Assembly (NCBI GenBank): GCA_965206345.1
Contig: OZ242211.1
Span: 2,382,419-2,446,418 of the forward strand
Reading direction: 5' to 3'
Length of the DNA stretch: 64,000 nucleotides
Source: Arenicellales bacterium
GTDB lineage: Bacteria > Pseudomonadota > Gammaproteobacteria > Arenicellales > JAJDZL01
The position numbers and the translations under genes were made by a program. Under the pieces are notes generated by a model. The model saw only the letters and a list, made by a program, of their open reading frames with translations, had not been told where the DNA came from and ran no database searches. Positions 58,671-64,000 of this stretch are shown one piece after another (position 1 is the first letter of the stretch; each line of letters opens with the position of its first letter).

Positions 58671-59687
58671 ATGAGTGACATCAAAATATTATTTCTGTCG
58701 AAAGACGACATCGACACCTTGAATATCGGTATTGACGATGCGTTGGATGCGATTGAGAATGGATTGATTGCACATGGCCAACAAAAGGTCATCATGCCTT
58801 CTAAGAGCCATCTTGTGCTGGACTTTCCCAATAAACTGTTCAACATTCTCAAAGGATATGTTGAGCCGGTCAATGCCGCAGGGGTCAAAATCATTGGTGA
58901 CTTTCACGATAACTATCAGCATAATTTACCGTCTGAATTGGCATTGGTTACACTCTATGACCCGAAGACTGGGGTGCCAATGGCAATCGTCGATGGCACC
59001 GTCAACACTTGGATGAGGACAGGGGCAGTCACAGCTCTGGGTGCCAAATATCTGGCGAGCAGGGACTCTAAGGTGTTGGGGCATATCGGTGCACGCGGAA
59101 CTTCGTGGTACAACGTTCGGATGCTGGACAAGTTCTTTGATTTTGAGGAAATTCGTGTTACCAGTCGACGTCCAGAATCTAGAGAAAGGTTTGCCGAAAC
59201 ACTTTCAGCGGAATTGAACAAAGAAATCAAAGTAATGGACAACTGTAAAGACACAGTGAAGGATGCTGACATCATCATTGACGCATCTCGATTGCTTGAA
59301 CACCAAGTGTTAGTTGCCGACTCCGATGTTAAGCCTGGAGCGCATCTGCAAGCCTATGGAGCGGTGCTCTCAGTTGCGCCGACGCTTCCATTCACTGTCG
59401 ACAAGTTCGTTGTTGATGACTGGAATCAGTGCAAAATTTCTCCTTATGGACAATTTGCGGACCTCTGCCAGAGAGGCGAATTGAGAGACGAACACGTATA
59501 CTGCAATATCGGAGAAATTGCCGCTGGCCTTAAGCTCGGTAGGGAATCTGAAACTGAAAGAAGTCTTTTTTGGCATAAAGGTTTCGCAATCAGTGACATT
59601 ATGCTGGGTATGCTGGCAGTCGAAAAAGCGCTCGAACGCGGGATTGGCACCGAATTGGTGTACTACAAAGCACCGCGCGACATGTAA
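58671..59687 (+). CDS. Ornithine cyclodeaminase / mu-crystallin family protein
   Basis: TWMRTGAVTALGAKYLA, GHIGARG NAD motif and HKGFAISD. Confidence 0.85.
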   Translation: MSDIKILFLSKDDIDTLNIGIDDALDAIENGLIAHGQQKVIMPSKSHLVLDFPNKLFNILKGYVEPVNAAGVKIIGDFHDNYQHNLPSELALVTLYDPKTGVPMAIVDGTVNTWMRTGAVTALGAKYLASRDSKVLGHIGARGTSWYNVRMLDKFFDFEEIRVTSRRPESRERFAETLSAELNKEIKVMDNCKDTVKDADIIIDASRLLEHQVLVADSDVKPGAHLQAYGAVLSVAPTLPFTVDKFVVDDWNQCKISPYGQFADLCQRGELRDEHVYCNIGEIAAGLKLGRESETERSLFWHKGFAISDIMLGMLAVEKALERGIGTELVYYKAPRDM

Positions 59688-59711
59688 TCGGAAATGAACT
59701 AGGAAGATTTT

Positions 59712-60290
59712 GTGACCAAAGATCACTTAGTCAGGAAAAAATCCAATTTGGTTTGGATTGACCTCGAAATGACTGGACTGTCACCGCAAAATGATCGAAT
59801 TATTGAAATTGCGACAATTGTTACCAACATTCACCTGGAGATAGTCGCAGAAGGACCAGAGATCGTCATTCATCAAAGCGATGAGAGACTCGCAGCGATG
59901 GATGACTGGAACCAGACGACACATCGTGAGAGTGGATTAATCAAACTCGTCAGAGAGTCGACGATTGATGAAAAGGAAGCGGAACGGAAAACGCTCGCAT
60001 TCTTAAAACGCCATGCGACAAAGCAGCGATCTCCGCTATGTGGTAATGCGATCTGTCAGGACCGGCGGTTTCTGGATCGATATATGCCTGAACTTTCTGG
60101 TTATCTACACTATCGACATCTTGATGTAAGTACGATTAAGGAATTGGCTAAACGCTGGCGTCCAGACCTTGCAGACATGCACATTAAGAGAAGTGCACAT
60201 CGGGCTAAAGATGACATACTGGAGTCAATTGAAGAACTTCGTCGCTATCGAGACAATTTTTTCTTGACCAATCCAGTCGAATTCGAGTGA
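59712..60290 (+). CDS. orn: Oligoribonuclease
   Basis: LVWIDLEMTGL, IIEIAT, YRHLDVSTIKEL and HRAKDDILESIEEL. Confidence 0.97.
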   Translation: MTKDHLVRKKSNLVWIDLEMTGLSPQNDRIIEIATIVTNIHLEIVAEGPEIVIHQSDERLAAMDDWNQTTHRESGLIKLVRESTIDEKEAERKTLAFLKRHATKQRSPLCGNAICQDRRFLDRYMPELSGYLHYRHLDVSTIKELAKRWRPDLADMHIKRSAHRAKDDILESIEELRRYRDNFFLTNPVEFE

Positions 60291-60448
60291 GAAGAAAGCA
60301 AATGTACTGTAAGTGGTCGTTTGCAGATTGTCATTCATTTGAAGATTTTGAGAACACCCGTCACAGAGCTTACGGGCTGGAATAAGTCATCTCCCTGGTA
60401 TTCATCCGTAATCCAACAGATTCGGAAAGTTTCCCTCACGCCGTCCTG

Positions 60449-61690
60449 ATGAAAATTAGAAGAATCGAAAAAGAAATGCTCGAGGGAAAACACGGATATC
60501 CTCGGCAATGGGCCATGCAGCAGCAAATGCAAGTTGGTCAATTTTTCTCAGCTGATTGCTTCGTTGAGGTTACACTGGCACACATTATGTGTGACACCGA
60601 ATCATTGGGTTTGGCTGGAATTGAGCATCTGGAACGCTTGGCAAGTTTCAGTGAGGAGGAGCGGTCAGTTGCCATACCCACCATCACTGATCCTCGAGGT
60701 ATGGACCTCATGAATTACCGTCGGCTCAAACAGTCGGAAGACTTTGCAGAGCGCGAACGTCGCGCAACGACAGCACTGGAAGCGATGGGAATTATGATGA
60801 CCGATACATGCATCAATTACCAGACCATTTCACCTCCGGTTCTCGGGGAACATGTCGCGTTTGGTGATACAGGTGCTGTCATTTATACAAACAGTGTATT
60901 TGGTGCGCGAAGCAATTTTGAAGGTGGACCGGCAGCTTTAGCTGCGGCATTGACTGGCCGCGTACCGTCTTATGGCTATCACATCGATTCCAATCGTCAG
61001 GCAACTCAGAGATTTACATTGAGTTTTGATCCGAAAACATTGACCGACTGGGGTGCATTCGGGGCGATTGTAGGGGAATTTACCGGTGATTATTGGGAAG
61101 TGCCAATCATTGAGGGACTTGTTGACAGTCCGACTTCAGACCAGCTTAAGCACTTTGGTGCAGCACTCGCCAGCCATGGTTCCGTTGCACTTTTCCACCT
61201 TGACGATGTTACACCGGAAGCACTCGACTTTATGGCGGTTGCAGCGGACCTCGACGGACAAGAACCAATTTCAATCACCCGAGATCACATTAGAGCAATG
61301 TATGCAAAGGCAGACGGTTCCATTGAAGTAGATGTAGTCGTCTTTGCTGCACCTCAGTTATCGCTGTTTGAAATACAGGAAATAGCCAGACAATTAGACG
61401 GAAAACAAATCAACAAGAGAACAGATTTGTTGATTGCAACTTCACCTGAAATCAAGTCTGCCTGCGATAGATTTGGAATAACTGATCGAATTGAGAACAG
61501 TGGTGCAATTCTGCTGAGTGGCGTATGTTTTTATCAAATGTATGCCAGAGAGTTGAGTGAGGCGAACGGCTGGAAGACACTTGTATCCAACTCAGCCAAA
61601 TTGGTGAACATTATTTCTGGTTACGGATACGAACCCAAGTTTGCGACAACTGAACAATGTGTCGAGGCAGCGATTACAGGTAGACTATGA
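60449..61690 (+). CDS. Aconitase X catalytic (DUF521) subunit
   Basis: EKEMLEG.HG start, CINY, NSVFGARSNFEGG, ALTGRVP, LKHFGAALAS and NSAK. Confidence 0.85.
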   Translation: MKIRRIEKEMLEGKHGYPRQWAMQQQMQVGQFFSADCFVEVTLAHIMCDTESLGLAGIEHLERLASFSEEERSVAIPTITDPRGMDLMNYRRLKQSEDFAERERRATTALEAMGIMMTDTCINYQTISPPVLGEHVAFGDTGAVIYTNSVFGARSNFEGGPAALAAALTGRVPSYGYHIDSNRQATQRFTLSFDPKTLTDWGAFGAIVGEFTGDYWEVPIIEGLVDSPTSDQLKHFGAALASHGSVALFHLDDVTPEALDFMAVAADLDGQEPISITRDHIRAMYAKADGSIEVDVVVFAAPQLSLFEIQEIARQLDGKQINKRTDLLIATSPEIKSACDRFGITDRIENSGAILLSGVCFYQMYARELSEANGWKTLVSNSAKLVNIISGYGYEPKFATTEQCVEAAITGRL

Positions 61691-62112
61691 GCAATAAGCG
61701 AACGTATAGTTTCGAAGCGGGGATTGGAGCGTCCGTTACGGGTGAAGCGCTGGTAGCCAGTGATAACTTCAGTGCCCGTTATGACCTTGACCGACTCCGA
61801 GGAATATTTTCTAGACGTTCGCACCAACTCTACGGTCAGAGTTATGTTGGTAAGATACTGGTGCTGAACACCGCCAAGGGTGGGGTGGCAACTGCTTGGA
61901 TGCTCTTAGATATGGTTGAGCGAGGAATGGCACCTGCCGCGTTGGTATTGAATTTAACTAATCCTATTTTGGCTCAAGGAGCAGCGTTTGCGGCGCTTCC
62001 ACTTGTTCATGATTTTGCCGTTGACATCACTTTGTGTATTGAAACGGGTGATCAACTCTCGATCTTTCCAGAAGAAGGGCTTTTGATTCAAGAAACCACT
62101 GCAGGTACCTAG
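61687..62112 (+). CDS. Aconitase X swivel (DUF126) subunit
   Basis: ATGA overlap with the large subunit; G.S..GKILV...KG pattern. Confidence 0.82.
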   Translation: MSNKRTYSFEAGIGASVTGEALVASDNFSARYDLDRLRGIFSRRSHQLYGQSYVGKILVLNTAKGGVATAWMLLDMVERGMAPAALVLNLTNPILAQGAAFAALPLVHDFAVDITLCIETGDQLSIFPEEGLLIQETTAGT

Positions 62113-62618
62113 TGGGTGTCAGTACTGTCTAGATTTGTTTGGGTGGAATTCTCAAAAAACAGATTCGTCAAGTGCTGGTTTCAGTAAATTTGGGATTAAA
62201 TCATCTTTGAATTTATCCAAGTTGATTTGAATCAGAACTAACCCCATTTGTTTCAGTGGTGGATGATGTCAGCACTGACTAGTATGATCAATATCTGACG
62301 CTTTCCCTACTAGTCCAAAAACCGCAAATTTTGTCATCAGAATCTCGTATACGATTTGAATGAGTCTGGCTATTTCAATCATTCGTAGACAAAGCCCCCA
62401 CAGTCTAGGCAACAGTTTCCTATCTGAAAAAACAAAACGAACACATCAAATTGCTAGATTACGCATTGGTTATAATTCTCGTGCCTCGCTACCAAACAAT
62501 CGATAAGAAGCAAACATGGGTAAAGAGTTTGCTTCTCCAATCTCGGTTTGCAGACTCTTGTTGAATGAAATCAATTGACGGGTTGATATTGATTCATCTA
62601 AGCAATTGTGCGGATATA

Positions 62619-62694
62619 GGGCCGTTAGCTCAGTCGGTAGAGCATCTGACTTTTAATCAGGGTGTCGCAGGTTCGATTCCTGCACGGCCCACCA
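62619..62694 (+). tRNA. tRNA-Lys(UUU)
   Basis: GGGCCGT acceptor stem, TAGCTCAGTCGGTAGAGC D-arm, CTTTTAA anticodon loop, GGTTCGATTCC T-arm and encoded CCA; 76 nt. Confidence 0.97.
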
Positions 62695-62714
62695 ATCCAC
62701 TCTCATGGGTGGAT
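62695..62714 (+). terminator. Small hairpin directly after the tRNA
   Basis: atccac-tctcatgg-gtggat. Confidence 0.4.
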
Positions 62715-62827
62715 TCGAGCTCTACTGACTAGAAATCTGAGCTCTACCTACTAAGCTCCGGCCTCGATGCCGACGGCAATCGGCATTGAGGGCGTTAGCT
62801 TGCCTGGCGGAACAAACAGGTCCAGAG

Positions 62828-63637
62828 ATGAAAATAACTGTTTGCGCCACCAAGGGCGGCGTGGGCAAAACGACCCTCGCAGCTAACTTGGGTGGCATTA
62901 TAGCAGGGCGGGGTAAACGGGTGCTGCTCATAGATGCTGACCCGCAGCCATCGCTCACGAGCTACTACAGGCTCGCAGCTGGCGATCACGACAGTGGTCT
63001 GACAAATCTCCTGGCTGGAGAGCTGTCTCCAGCACCCCGCAGAACCAGCGTCGAGAACCTCGACATCATCGTGTCGGACGACCCGAGCGGTTCGCTCGAA
63101 GCACGCCTGCTGCACGCTCCGGACGGCAGATTCCGGATGCTGAATCGACTGCAGTTGATTCAGGGTTACGACATCACAATCATCGATACTCGAGGGTCTA
63201 CTGGCACGCTGGTCGAATCAGCGGTACTCGCTGCAGACATCTGCCTGTCGCCGCTGCCTCCGGAAATTCTGTCCGCCCAGGAATTCCTGCGCGGCACAGC
63301 CGACCTGGTGAAAAACCTGAGCTCGCTCAGCATGCTTGGTGTGTCGCCAGGCCGACTGGTCGCACTCTTCTATCGCTGCGATCGTACCAACGACAGCAAG
63401 GCGGTCATGCAATCGATCGCACAATCTCTGAAACATACCGACATCACGCTCCTCAACTCGGCGATTCCAAGTCGAGTGGTCTACCGAGCGGCGGCAAGCC
63501 ATCAGTTGCCGGTACACGTACACGAATCAAAACGCTGGTCAGGCCCCAGTGCCAAAGATGATATGGAGGCACTGTTGGAAGAGCTGCAACTAACTACACT
63601 TCAAAAACCAGCATTAGAAAATATTTCTAAAATTTAG
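62828..63637 (+). CDS. parA: ParA/Soj family ATPase
   Basis: ATG at 62828; TKGGVGKTT deviant Walker A, LLIDADPQ and IIDTRG. Confidence 0.92.
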   Translation: MKITVCATKGGVGKTTLAANLGGIIAGRGKRVLLIDADPQPSLTSYYRLAAGDHDSGLTNLLAGELSPAPRRTSVENLDIIVSDDPSGSLEARLLHAPDGRFRMLNRLQLIQGYDITIIDTRGSTGTLVESAVLAADICLSPLPPEILSAQEFLRGTADLVKNLSSLSMLGVSPGRLVALFYRCDRTNDSKAVMQSIAQSLKHTDITLLNSAIPSRVVYRAAASHQLPVHVHESKRWSGPSAKDDMEALLEELQLTTLQKPALENISKI

Positions 63638-63671
63638 CGGATATGAGAAACAAAATCGACTAACACAATAG

Positions 63672-63691
63672 GTGGAAACCGCGGTTTCCAC
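63672..63691. promoter_or_regulatory. Perfect 20-bp palindrome, candidate parS/operator
   Basis: GTGGAAACCGCGGTTTCCAC is its own reverse complement and lies between parA and parB. Confidence 0.5.
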
Positions 63692-63716
63692 TGAAATAAT
63701 CAATGATTTACAGGAT

Positions 63717-63812
63717 ATGGAAAAACACCCCACGCAAAATTATCGCGAGTGCAATTTTTCACCATTGGCTATTTTGAAGACCAATAGCATCACAGTTTGG
63801 AGGTTCGAATGA
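63717..63812 (+). CDS. Possible 31-aa small ORF coupled to parB
   Basis: AGGA RBS; MEKHPTQNYRECNFSPLAILKTNSITVWRFE*. Its stop overlaps the parB ATG (ATGA). Confidence 0.25.
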   Translation: MEKHPTQNYRECNFSPLAILKTNSITVWRFE

Positions 63813-64000
63813 AAAAACAAACACAGCCACTAGACCTGAATGCCCGCCTAGCTGGTACTCACACACCGCCCGCTGCGTTTGATTCCCCTAGCGCAGCCGA
63901 ATCTTCAATCGTACCGATCGACATCAGTCTGATCGAGCCGTATCAACATAACCCGCGACTCTACGTCAATCCTAAATTCGACACAATCAAGGAATCGATT
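63809..64000 (+). CDS. ICE-type ParB-family protein, N-terminal part (truncated by window edge)
   Basis: GGAGG RBS; ...IDISLIEPYQHNPRLYVNPKFDTIKESI matches the PY..NPR...NP.Y..IK.SI pattern of PFGI-1-class ICE ParB proteins. Not in the supplied ORF track. Confidence 0.78.
   Translation, partial: MKKQTQPLDLNARLAGTHTPPAAFDSPSAAESSIVPIDISLIEPYQHNPRLYVNPKFDTIKESI

Larger units (their letters stand above)
62695..64000 (+). mobile_element. Left end of a probable PFGI-1/pKLC102/PAPI-1-like integrative conjugative element inserted at tRNA-Lys
   Basis: tRNA 3' end followed by parA and an ICE-type parB. GC was 70/120 at 62881-63000 versus 52/120 (ftsZ sample) and 62/120 (secA sample). The integrase and second att site are not in the window. 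Confidence 0.7.

Noticed and set aside
60449-62112. Archaeal-type mevalonate pathway dehydratase
   Set aside because: No HMG-CoA, mevalonate kinase or UbiD-type decarboxylase genes are nearby, and the catalytic motifs differ.
280-63523. The many short overlapping or antisense ORFs in the six-frame track (e.g. 2394-2873, 9381-9959, 18298-18537, 37541-37972, 63218-63523)
   Set aside because: They shadow well-supported genes on other frames and show no recognisable motifs.
1-64000. CRISPR array, rRNA, retron/RT, integron or intact transposase
   Set aside because: No regularly spaced repeats, rRNA signatures, YxDD-type RT, integrase or complete DDE ORF was seen.

Overview
Bacterial chromosome segment, most likely from a gamma- or betaproteobacterium. 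This is inferred from the dcw gene order, the dciA-secA-argJ-mutT synteny and the presence of orn. From left to right: (1) the end of the dcw cluster (murB-ftsQ-ftsA-ftsZ-lpxC, with no ddl), then ppk2, an orphan MmgE/PrpD gene, dciA and secA-argJ-mutT running straight into a sarcosine-oxidase-type soxBDAG operon; (2) a three-gene module of a desaturase-fold di-iron enzyme, a divergent PanB-like protein and a 2Fe-2S/FAD reductase, followed by a GntR regulator; (3) a 1-kb stretch of decayed genes holding a partial duplicate of the 37.0-37.7 kb region; (4) an RpiR-regulated catabolic cassette with a beta-hydroxyacid dehydrogenase, a Liv-type ABC transporter, an extra ABC-ATPase lacking the signature motif, two SDRs and a transketolase; (5) VapBC and IS1595 remnants around a HAD/GATase/omega-aminotransferase/GNAT block; (6) a ProVWX-type transporter and a Uma2 nuclease; (7) a form II cox (coxG-S-L-M-D-E, split xdhC, mocA fusion) molybdenum hydroxylase cluster; (8) an aminotransferase, a cyclodeaminase-family gene, orn and a two-subunit aconitase X with atypical active-site motifs; (9) tRNA-Lys(UUU) followed by the left end of a probable PFGI-1/pKLC102-type ICE (parA, a 20-bp palindrome and a parB-like gene). 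No CRISPR array, rRNA, reverse transcriptase or intact transposase was seen. All family calls come from motif recognition by eye; no database search was run. The best candidates for undescribed biochemistry are the desaturase/PanB-like/reductase module, the RpiR-transketolase cassette and the atypical aconitase X.
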